A stretch of 63,427 nucleotides of DNA, the filler included, from Vannella sp. (taxonomy: Eukaryota): the NCBI GenBank assembly GCA_023345925.1. It is 9 parts of 9 records of this genome, joined end to end, with 100 filler letters (N's around TTAATTAATTAA, not from the genome) between each part and the next. Parts side by side here need not be neighbours in the genome. Positions count along the whole stretch, not along the records: positions 11,661 to 20,347 come from JAJQQN010000855.1; positions 20,448 to 25,043 come from JAJQQN010001075.1; 7 more parts are not named here. The stretch is one strand, 5' to 3'. This document shows, piece after piece, positions 13,225-21,510 of this stretch. Position 1 is the first letter of the stretch, and each line of letters begins with the position of its first letter. The notes beneath the pieces are model-generated. The model saw only the letters and a program-made list of their open reading frames with translations. It was not told the origin of the DNA and made no database searches. A program made the position numbers and the translations under genes.

Positions 13225-13914
13225 ATGCGCGTTTTCTGCATTAACTTGAAGGAGAGGGCTGATCGCAGGCTACGAATGGAGGCTCTGTTTCACAAGTATG
13301 GTGTAGAAGACTGGGAGTTTGTCGAAGCATCCAACAGGACAACTCCGCAGGTGGTGGAGGCGAACAAGCGCTTCCCTGTCTTTGATCTTCCCTATCTCGC
13401 ATGTTCGGACTCCCATGCTCGAGTGTGGGCACTTATAGCAGAGTTAGATGCCCCTTACGCCCTCGTTCTCGAGGATGACGTCTTCTTCCACAAGGAATGG
13501 CGGAAACTAGTGCGAGAGAGCATCGAAGCACTCCCGTCTGATTGGGAGCTGTTCATGTTGGACTGTTTCTATCTCCAGGGTTGGGACTGGACAAGCGAGG
13601 GCAACTGTGGGAGGGTTGGAATCCATCCTGCCCAGAGTTGCTCCTTTGCCGATGCATATGTCATCACCCCGAGCGCCTGCCAGTGGCTTCTAGAGCGACA
13701 AAAGGCTGCACTTGAAGAAGGAGAATGGCTTAACAATGAAACACTCCTCATGGAGCTTCAAGACAGAGAGAAATCCTTCACTTTCATCCCCAAACTGGCT
13801 CTCCAGCACTTTGATGAAAGTGACATTCAGGAGAGCCAGCTCATCCAATCCATGGACTCCTTCTATCGCACTTCGTACTTTCCCAAGTACCCACGCGATT
13901 TGTATGACGATTAA
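13225..13914 (+). CDS. Glycosyltransferase family 25, intronless
   Basis: FCINLKERADRR, CSDSHARVW, LVLEDDV and AYVITP motifs. Confidence 0.85.
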   Translation: MRVFCINLKERADRRLRMEALFHKYGVEDWEFVEASNRTTPQVVEANKRFPVFDLPYLACSDSHARVWALIAELDAPYALVLEDDVFFHKEWRKLVRESIEALPSDWELFMLDCFYLQGWDWTSEGNCGRVGIHPAQSCSFADAYVITPSACQWLLERQKAALEEGEWLNNETLLMELQDREKSFTFIPKLALQHFDESDIQESQLIQSMDSFYRTSYFPKYPRDLYDD

Positions 13915-13976
13915 ACCGTCATCCCTGAAAGGTGAAATGAGGGAAATGCAGGAGAAGTTCATTTCCCCTTCGCCCC

Positions 13977-15590
13977 ATGCGGCTGAGGAGCGGGTCGCTG
14001 GGCCTGTTCTTTGGTCGGGCTAGAGTGGTGCGCGTGGCTTGTCGGTTTCGTGCGTTTCAAGAGGAGCAGGATGAGGATATGCCTCAGCGATCGGTTGTCT
14101 TTGCCCCGGAGGTGCCCTTTCTTGATGAGGAGGTGAGCGCTTTGGTTCGTGATGGGAGAGCAAAGGATGCCCGAGCTCTGCTTCTTTCCTCTTGGTCACA
14201 GCCCTATCTATACACGAAGGCCTTGGGGCTTCTAGCAGCTCATTATATCGACAACCAAGACGTCGGAGCAGCGCTTTCCATCCTACGGGACGCCAAACGG
14301 TGGTTTGAAGGGCGCTTCTTCATCCATATATCTGCATACGATGAGATCCTGGAGCACTGCGCCATGCATCACACCCCCGCGGAGGTAGCAGAGATCGTTC
14401 GCTTGCATCCTGTTAATCCTACTAGAGGGCTCAACGTCTTTCTAAAGGCCCTCATGAGGGTCTCAGGCATCAAGAACGCCATCAAAACACTGTCAGACTT
14501 CACAAACAAGGCCGACTTTCAAGGGAATGTGGCAACTTACAACCTCTTCCTGCATCACATGATGCTCTCCCCCAGAGCTTACCAGAGCCAAGCCTCTGAA
14601 TTGGTGGGAGATATGATGAGGAAGGGTATTGAGCCGGATCTGCTGACATATCGAGCCATGATGACCATTTTGGTGCACAGCAATCACTGGGGAGAGGCTC
14701 GCCAACTCATTGATGTCATGAATCAGCGGATGATTGTCCCAGATCTCAAGTGCTACCTTCTACTCTTGAAGAATGCAACTCCTGAGCAGTCGAGTAGTGC
14801 CCTCGAACTTATCCCGGCGATTGTAAAAGATGGAATTGGTTTGGATAACGAAGGCGTTGCTAATGCACTCATCAAGCTCTTGGCACAATCGAATAGGATG
14901 GAGGGACTACATAGGCTTCTTGAGAGCCCAGAGATTCGTCTCTCAACCAAGTCATTTGAGACTTTGTTCACGGCACTTGTCAAATACTCCCCAGATACTT
15001 TCGATCCTTCTCGTTATATTGCTTTAATGGAGAAGCACAGTTTGGCTGTAAGTCCACAATGCTATGCAGCGTTTATTCAAGCTCTTTGTCATCAGAAGAA
15101 GGTGACTGAGTCACTTAAATTTGCGATGAGTCTTCTGGAGGATGAAGAGAGCAGCTCTGTTGTCTTTATCGCACCAATCGTTTCATCCCTACTTGAAATG
15201 AATAGAGAAGAGACTGCGGAAAATCTAGTAGAAGCCCTTATCGAGAAGAACCTGGGGGATGAAGGCCCAATCATTTATCCACTCCTTGTTCATTTCCTGC
15301 GAGAAGGGAAAACTCAACAGGCATCAACTTGGCTACACCAAATGACAGAACGCAACATCCCCCGAACTAGGGACCTCTATTATAACCTTATCTCATCCTC
15401 TCTTACCAATCACAACTTAACCGGGGCTATTCGCCTTGTACAACACGAAATGAAACGCGACCAAATTCAACCAGACCGTGGCATCCAGCATCTTCTCGTC
15501 AACTATTTGGTGGAACACAAAAACCAATCGAAAGCCGAAGCTTCTCGACGAATCCAAGAACTTATAACGACCAAAAGCGTTTCAACTTGA
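13977..15590 (+). CDS. Pentatricopeptide repeat (PPR) protein, probably mitochondrial
   Basis: 35-aa helical repeats (NVATYNLFL..., GIEPDLLTYRAMM, IVPDLKCYLLLL) and an Arg-rich N-terminus. Confidence 0.85.
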   Translation: MRLRSGSLGLFFGRARVVRVACRFRAFQEEQDEDMPQRSVVFAPEVPFLDEEVSALVRDGRAKDARALLLSSWSQPYLYTKALGLLAAHYIDNQDVGAALSILRDAKRWFEGRFFIHISAYDEILEHCAMHHTPAEVAEIVRLHPVNPTRGLNVFLKALMRVSGIKNAIKTLSDFTNKADFQGNVATYNLFLHHMMLSPRAYQSQASELVGDMMRKGIEPDLLTYRAMMTILVHSNHWGEARQLIDVMNQRMIVPDLKCYLLLLKNATPEQSSSALELIPAIVKDGIGLDNEGVANALIKLLAQSNRMEGLHRLLESPEIRLSTKSFETLFTALVKYSPDTFDPSRYIALMEKHSLAVSPQCYAAFIQALCHQKKVTESLKFAMSLLEDEESSSVVFIAPIVSSLLEMNREETAENLVEALIEKNLGDEGPIIYPLLVHFLREGKTQQASTWLHQMTERNIPRTRDLYYNLISSSLTNHNLTGAIRLVQHEMKRDQIQPDRGIQHLLVNYLVEHKNQSKAEASRRIQELITTKSVST

Positions 15591-15733
15591 TTTGACTTCA
15601 CATGAAACCGATTAACTCACTTGCTCCTGCCTTTGGAATGACTAACCAAGGGATATTGCTGAAGAGAACTCTCTCAAAAGGCTCAGTCCGCCTGGATGCT
15701 CAAAAAAACGAATCATTTCTTGGTTGCTGGTTT

Positions 15734-15755
15734 GGCGGGAAAACTGAGCGGGAAA
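15734..15755 (+). promoter_or_regulatory. Tandem E2F-type sites (GCGGGAAA x2)
   Basis: GGCGGGAAAACTGAGCGGGAAA about 70 nt upstream of ATG 15825; the reverse complement matches the E2F consensus TTTSSCGC. Confidence 0.6.
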
Positions 15756-15824
15756 GGCACTCCGTGGGTAGAAGAAGGACAACTTTGTTGAAAGAACACT
15801 TCTCTCCCACGTTAGCAACAGCCC

Positions 15825-16649
15825 ATGACTGCCATCCTTGATCACGACCTTCTCTGTAGTTTCAATTCAATCTCCCTTTCCTCCGCAGAACTCTGCGAAG
15901 CGACACCTGTGGATCTCCTTAACGCTCTTAGCAAAGAAGTGAAGATTGCTGGAGCCATTGCTGTTGCCCAGACGTTGAGGGTGGGTGAACTTCGGGATAT
16001 CTGCGACAACTTCCTGAAGTTGCAATACGCTCCAGGTGTGAGAAGCCGCATGCTTCTGGCCTTACGTTTCGCAGAGAGCTTTGAAGAATGCTCCGTCCAT
16101 CAATGGTTTGCGCAGTGTGACGACCGAAGGGTCCTCACCGTGCTAAGCTCAGTAGGACGAAAGGAAGCTTTAAGGCTGACTAATGAGAAGCTCCGAGCCC
16201 TTGCCATCGCCCGAATCATCGTTTATGGAGAGAAAGTGATTCTTCATCGCTTCAGTCCGGTCCAACTGTCCAAGATAAGACGCGCTTTGGAGGAAGACTC
16301 CTCGGAGCAGTCAAGTGAGAAGAGCAAGTTGGTTTGTTCGGTTGTTTGTTACCAAATCGATCTCGAAGAAAGGAACGCATTCAAGAGGGTCTCCTTTGCT
16401 TCTGGCCTCCGCGCCACCAAGGACAGGAAACCCTCTGGGTTGAAGACTTCCTCGCTGGGTAATTCAGTCCATTCAGAACGCACCATTAGACATGAACGGA
16501 ACTACACAGAGACTGGACCACACTTTGGAGACAATCTCTCTTCCTCGCAACCAGGACGAATCCCCGACAAAGCCTCAAGAGCAACATTCGGCCGCAAGAT
16601 TCCTGCAAACATCAGTGTTAAGGACTTCCAGAAGAACGTAAACCACTAA
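15825..16649 (+). CDS. Uncharacterised protein, shorter tandem paralog of the next gene
   Basis: Aligns by eye with the N-terminal half of 16866..18233 (e.g. LRVGELRDICDNFLKLQYAPG vs LKVSELKVICDDFLEVEYAPG) but lacks SAP/BRCT. Confidence 0.75.
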   Translation: MTAILDHDLLCSFNSISLSSAELCEATPVDLLNALSKEVKIAGAIAVAQTLRVGELRDICDNFLKLQYAPGVRSRMLLALRFAESFEECSVHQWFAQCDDRRVLTVLSSVGRKEALRLTNEKLRALAIARIIVYGEKVILHRFSPVQLSKIRRALEEDSSEQSSEKSKLVCSVVCYQIDLEERNAFKRVSFASGLRATKDRKPSGLKTSSLGNSVHSERTIRHERNYTETGPHFGDNLSSSQPGRIPDKASRATFGRKIPANISVKDFQKNVNH

Positions 16650-16780
16650 AGAAGTTGAAGTTCTCGTTCGTACTGCGTTTCCTCCAAACACCTTGATGAG
16701 TGCCCTCTTGGTAGGCGCTAATAGTCCCCAACAACATGGCGGTTGCAAATCAGTGGCAGTTGGCCATGCAGGAATAAAGT

Positions 16781-16802
16781 GGCGGGAAAATTGAGCGGGA
16801 AA
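16781..16802 (+). promoter_or_regulatory. Tandem E2F-type sites (GCGGGAAA x2)
   Basis: GGCGGGAAAATTGAGCGGGAAA, conserved with the paralog promoter at 15734. Confidence 0.6.
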
Positions 16803-16865
16803 GGAATCCTGCGGCAGTAAAAAGAAGCGCAACTGCGCTTTTTTGCACTCCTCTATCATCGCTTA

Positions 16866-18233
16866 ATGGCTACCGCACTTCCCCTTAAGACATTCAACCC
16901 CGACCTGGTCCGCAGCATCTGTTTGATTTCGATTCCTCAACACTGCATCCCTTCGAGTGACAGCCCCACCGGCCTGGTGAAAGCTTTCGAGAGAGAAGTG
17001 AGGATGGCAGGAGCTAGAGAGGTGGCTTTCACTCTCAAAGTGTCCGAACTGAAGGTCATCTGCGACGACTTCCTGGAAGTGGAATACGCTCCCGGTGCCA
17101 ACGCAAAGAGCCGGACTCTTCTGGCCAAGCGCTTTGTAGAGAGTTTTGTAGACTGCTCTATCCAACAGTGGTTCGAGAAGTGCGAGGACCGCGGTGTTCT
17201 CACCTTGCTTTGCTCCTCCTTAGGAAGGAAGGTTGCTTCAAAAGACACCCTCGAGGCTCTCCAACACTTCTGTGTTCACCAATTCGTCCAGTATGGAGAG
17301 CAAGTCATGCTACATCGCCTAAGTCTGGTTCAGCTGCGCCAGATCTGCAACACTCTCTCACTGGAAGGCTCAGACTTCTCTTCAAGCAAACGGAATCTGG
17401 TGTTCTCCATTCAGTCTCGCAGTGATATCGAAGAGAGCGAAGCGTACAAGAAGAGTGCTGCGCTTAGAAAGAAGCCCATCGCCAAGTGTGTCCGACCATC
17501 AGAGCTATCTCACTTGAAAGTGGCGTCCTTGAGAGAGTGGAGCCGTCGTCAAGGCATCCGAAGTGACGGCGATCGCCAAAAGCTGGCCCAGCGGATTGCA
17601 AAGTTCAACGCTGAGAACAAGGAGAACTTCATTGTGCCCAGTAACCCGTACCACGTCCACAGATCTGTTCCCGCCAAACGCAAGGGCAGGGCACTGAAAG
17701 ATGTTCGCTTCGCCGGCGATTCGAAAGGTGATGATGCGGTAGAGACGTACATGCCACCCAAAGCGAAGAGGAAGGCCACTCCCACCACAAGAAGAGCAAC
17801 AAAGATTCCGGCAAAGGAGGCCAGCGATGAAGAAGAGGCGGAGGAAGATGGACTTGAAGAGGCAGACCCTGAAGAGGTTGAGGAAGAGGGAGAGCCATCC
17901 TATGACGAAGCCGCCGAGAAGGAAGCCATCGACGCAGAGAGAAACCTTCGTTCCTCCCCTCCTCACGAGGAAGAAGAAGAAGATGACTCTTCGGATAACG
18001 ATTACCCAACTGACATCAACGGCATGACGTTCGTCCTCCAGGGAAAGTTTTCCCGCTCGAAAGAAGACATTCAGGACCTCATCAAAACCAACGGAGGCCA
18101 AGTCCTCCAGAAACTCACTCAAAAGTCGAACATCCTCATCACCTCTTCCCTCACCAGCAAGACTGCACAGGACGCCAACCGCCGTGGATACTCTGTAGTA
18201 GAAGAGAAGTATCTGACTCACTTCTTCGATTAA
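16866..18233 (+). CDS. SAP-like + acidic linker + C-terminal BRCT protein
   Basis: SAP-like LKVASLREWSRRQGIRSDGDRQKLAQRI, KEN box (NKENF), and BRCT INGMTFVLQGKFSRSKEDIQDLIKTNGGQV...VVEEKYL. Confidence 0.8.
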   Translation: MATALPLKTFNPDLVRSICLISIPQHCIPSSDSPTGLVKAFEREVRMAGAREVAFTLKVSELKVICDDFLEVEYAPGANAKSRTLLAKRFVESFVDCSIQQWFEKCEDRGVLTLLCSSLGRKVASKDTLEALQHFCVHQFVQYGEQVMLHRLSLVQLRQICNTLSLEGSDFSSSKRNLVFSIQSRSDIEESEAYKKSAALRKKPIAKCVRPSELSHLKVASLREWSRRQGIRSDGDRQKLAQRIAKFNAENKENFIVPSNPYHVHRSVPAKRKGRALKDVRFAGDSKGDDAVETYMPPKAKRKATPTTRRATKIPAKEASDEEEAEEDGLEEADPEEVEEEGEPSYDEAAEKEAIDAERNLRSSPPHEEEEEDDSSDNDYPTDINGMTFVLQGKFSRSKEDIQDLIKTNGGQVLQKLTQKSNILITSSLTSKTAQDANRRGYSVVEEKYLTHFFD

Positions 18234-18541
18234 GGTTTCTTGTGCCGGACTTGCTTCCTGGAACTGACCAAAGATATCCATAAACTAAACCCCAGCTTAG
18301 AATCACCTTGACTTATTGACACTTTTGTTGGGCTTCTGTGGCCTGAATCCGTTCTACATTTCATTACCACGACCATCAACCATGTCCCACGTTCCAACAC
18401 TTTCAATAAGTCGTGATGAATGAGGCAGAATCGGATTCTTGAGCTATCCAGTTTCGGAGATGATGCTGTTAGTTGAAAATTTTTCTCTTTTGGTCGAATC
18501 TGTGCTTTATAGACTTCCTTGTGATACAAACGCGACATCCG

Positions 18542-20347
18542 CTATTGGTCTTCTTCGTCCAAATCTTGAGGCAAGCGTACCGACAAGTTCTCCAAGTCAC
18601 TGATGAGAGATTCCACGTAGCCCGAGCTTTGTGCTATTTGCTCACTTCTGTCGAACGGCCTTGCCTTCTTCAGGCGAATAGCTTTCAAAACTCTCTCGAG
18701 TTGCTCGAGCGTTAAGGACAAAGCTGAATCCGTCGAGATGCTCTTGAATCCGACACAAAGGCCAGCAGTGTGCTCTCTCCATTCGGCTCCTTCTACGAGC
18801 TCTTTAAGTGTTACAAGCGAGCAAAGATCAACCTCCTCTTCACCCTTTCTTCGGGAGAGAAGTGCATTCCATTTGTTGGCTTTGCTCGATGTCCTTGAGA
18901 GAAGATTCTCCTTGAGCTCTGTTTGAAGGAGGGGTTCCAATTCGAGGGCATCTCCAAGCAGATTCCAGCCGGTTGGAAACTTTCTCTCGCTTGGCCAGGC
19001 GGCTTCAAAGTCTTTCTTGCTGAATGTGGAGTCCCTCACTGGCTGATGTGCCAGTGGGCAACAGGATTCGCGCACATTTGAGTCTGGATGAAGAGACAGC
19101 AGCAGTCCAACGGAAACTTGGTCACGATGGTCGATTGACGCAATGTATTGCTCTTGGCTGCCGCACATCACATTGGATCCCCGATTAGCCTCCATAATCG
19201 GAACGACATCCCCAGCTGCTAGATTTTCAACGTTCTTCACTTGAATCCACAAGGTGCCAACCGGTTCGTCTCCAGACTTGTCGGTATTCGAATACAAAGG
19301 TACCGCCAAATCAGCACCACGAGCTCCTTCCTTGAGCATCAAAGCACACCCACGGTGGAGAGCCTGAGATAGTATTTGTGGGGTGACATCGGTTTCGATC
19401 TCCTGAAAGTGATTGAAGAACACGCAAAACTCTTCAGGGAGGCCAATAGCTTCCACAGTCTTTGGTTGAGCAAAGTGGGCAAGAAGGGAGTTGAGAGTGA
19501 CATGGTTATTGCGAGTCTTAAGAAACCTTTCGCGTTTGCCGTGGCATTTGTCACCAGCGCACAAGTCGAACGCTTGGAGCAGCAGGAATTGAGCAACAAG
19601 CTCGCCAACCCTTCCCGATTCGATATGCCGACAAAGGAGCGCATTTCGGAGAGGAATCACCATATCAGCAAGGTCCACTTCGCTCGCCACTGCTTCAGCC
19701 ACAATCGGCTCGGAGGCGTATTTGCAGCGGATGATCTCGCGATCTGCGCTCACAAAGGTGCACAGTGCAGTGGAGTGGCCAATCAAGTCACTGGCAAGCT
19801 GAGACTGCAGAATTCTCATTGGCAGCCGAGTGCCAAGAAGTGCCATGCCTTTCTGTTCGAGACTCAGCTTGCCACTCACTTTTTTGATTATGAAATCGTA
19901 CGACGAGTTGTTCTTCCACAAGGGGCGCCCATAGGATTGGAAGGATTCCAAGCTCCGAAACCTCAGATCTCTGGCCTGTTTGGCATGAACATCGAAGTAG
20001 AGGGGAAAGTGCGCCACTGGGAACAAGTTCAAGGCGACTCTGTCATGGTAGTCCACTCTCAAGTGATCGGGCAACTCGTACTCTGTTGGGACGAAGTTGC
20101 CCACACCAGATATGGTGTCGGCCACAACGACCACAAGGCGGTCTGAGAAGTTATTGAGGCAATGAACCATCAAAGCCTTCCTAAACAGTCGGAACGCGTT
20201 GTACTGTTTGCCGTTGACTAAATAACCGCAAATCTTTTTCACCAGCCAGCCAGCTTCATCGATAACTAAGAGCTTCGTTTGATTGCTTCCGGTCATCTCA
20301 GTTTCTCTCTTCGTGATGCCAGAGGACAAATTGCAGAGCGTGATAGT
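18542..20347 (-). CDS. Crinkler-related P-loop NTPase + PD-(D/E)xK restriction-endonuclease-fold protein, 5'-truncated
   Basis: Walker-B-like LLVIDEA, GRPLW, SEPIVAEA, GELVAQFLLLQAFD, FNHF, and REase core GADLAVP...IQVKN. Intronless. Confidence 0.7.
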   Translation of the reverse strand, partial: TITLCNLSSGITKRETEMTGSNQTKLLVIDEAGWLVKKICGYLVNGKQYNAFRLFRKALMVHCLNNFSDRLVVVVADTISGVGNFVPTEYELPDHLRVDYHDRVALNLFPVAHFPLYFDVHAKQARDLRFRSLESFQSYGRPLWKNNSSYDFIIKKVSGKLSLEQKGMALLGTRLPMRILQSQLASDLIGHSTALCTFVSADREIIRCKYASEPIVAEAVASEVDLADMVIPLRNALLCRHIESGRVGELVAQFLLLQAFDLCAGDKCHGKRERFLKTRNNHVTLNSLLAHFAQPKTVEAIGLPEEFCVFFNHFQEIETDVTPQILSQALHRGCALMLKEGARGADLAVPLYSNTDKSGDEPVGTLWIQVKNVENLAAGDVVPIMEANRGSNVMCGSQEQYIASIDHRDQVSVGLLLSLHPDSNVRESCCPLAHQPVRDSTFSKKDFEAAWPSERKFPTGWNLLGDALELEPLLQTELKENLLSRTSSKANKWNALLSRRKGEEEVDLCSLVTLKELVEGAEWREHTAGLCVGFKSISTDSALSLTLEQLERVLKAIRLKKARPFDRSEQIAQSSGYVESLISDLENLSVRLPQDLDEEDQ

Positions 20348-20447
20348 NNNNNNNNNNNNNNNNNNNNNNNNNNNNNNNNNNNNNNNNNNNNTTAATTAAT
20401 TAANNNNNNNNNNNNNNNNNNNNNNNNNNNNNNNNNNNNNNNNNNNN
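20348..20447. other. Artificial contig linker
   Basis: N-run + TTAATTAATTAA + N-run. Confidence 0.98.
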
Positions 20448-20448
20448 T

Positions 20449-20646
20449 GAGGAGGTCAAGAAGGACCTTATCGCCACCGGTCTCAAGAACGGCCTGGCCC
20501 GCTTCGAACTTCCCACTGACGTGTTCCTGGTGGATGAGGACTGGAATCCAACCAACAACATGCTCACAGCCGCGATGAAGCTCAATCGCCAAACCATCTA
20601 CAGCACTTATCAGCCTCAAATCCGTTCGATTCTGCCTTCGAATTAA
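20449..20646 (+). CDS. C-terminal fragment of a long-chain acyl-CoA synthetase
   Basis: GLARFELPTDVFLVDEDWNPTNNMLTAAMKLNRQTIYSTY is the typical LACS C-terminus. Not in the ORF track. Confidence 0.85.
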   Translation, partial: EEVKKDLIATGLKNGLARFELPTDVFLVDEDWNPTNNMLTAAMKLNRQTIYSTYQPQIRSILPSN

Positions 20647-20764
20647 TTAGGAAAATAACGATAAATTGCCAATTGAACGTTGGCTTCGTATTGCAATATC
20701 GCAGAAAATATCTTCCGGTTCCTCCAATGACGGGTCCGGTGGCTGGTCATTTCGTACCTCTCCC

Positions 20765-21432
20765 ATGGTGAGAAGGGCTTGCGTGGGGCTGTTGGGTTTG
20801 TGGTTTCTGACATTGTGGGGATGAAGACAAGACGTGCTGCAAGAAAGAAGGCTGTTGGAAGCGAGGATGATATCCTCCGTGAGGCTTTCGGTGTCTTTGA
20901 TACAGACAAGGACGGACTTATTGCTGCGTCTGAGATTGGGACTGTTATCAGAGCTCTGGGTACGACTCTTTATGGCCCTTTCCAGGTCTAAGACTGACCC
21001 TTTTTGGACAGGCAAGAACCCCACCCAGAAGGAGGTTGACGAGATGATTAAGGAGGCTGGTAAGGCATCAAAAGTATCCTGCGATGAGGTGTCTCACACT
21101 TCTCAAGGCAACAAGCCTGTGGACCTTGAGGGAATCACCAAGTTCGCACGACGAAAGTTCCCCGCTCCCAGCGACCAGGACCGCGGGATGCGATCCGCTT
21201 TCGAAGCCTTAGACAAGGACGGGTGAGCTCTTATTACCCTCACCTGCCAGACAGAAACCTGACCATGTACGACAGAAACGGAACCATTTCTGAGGCTGAG
21301 TTGAGACAGATTCTGACTACCTTGGGAGAGTCTATCTCAATGCACGAACTGGACCTCATCCTCCGCGAGATTGACACCGACTCCATGGGCTACATCCGTT
21401 ACGACGACTTCGTGGATAAGCTGGTCGAGTAA
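20765..21432 (+). CDS. Calmodulin-like / myosin light-chain-type EF-hand protein (5 exons)
   Basis: EAFGVFDTDKDGLI, RALG/KNPTQKEV, AFEALDKDG/NGTISEAELRQILTTLGE and DTDSMGYIRYDDF, joined by GT-AG introns. Confidence 0.88.
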
Positions 21433-21510
21433 ATAAAGCGCTCCAAGGATGGGCAACTTGGCAAAGTGTGTTGTGGAGTCAGTGCGAGAGTTTCTTCATT
21501 TCTTTGTCAC

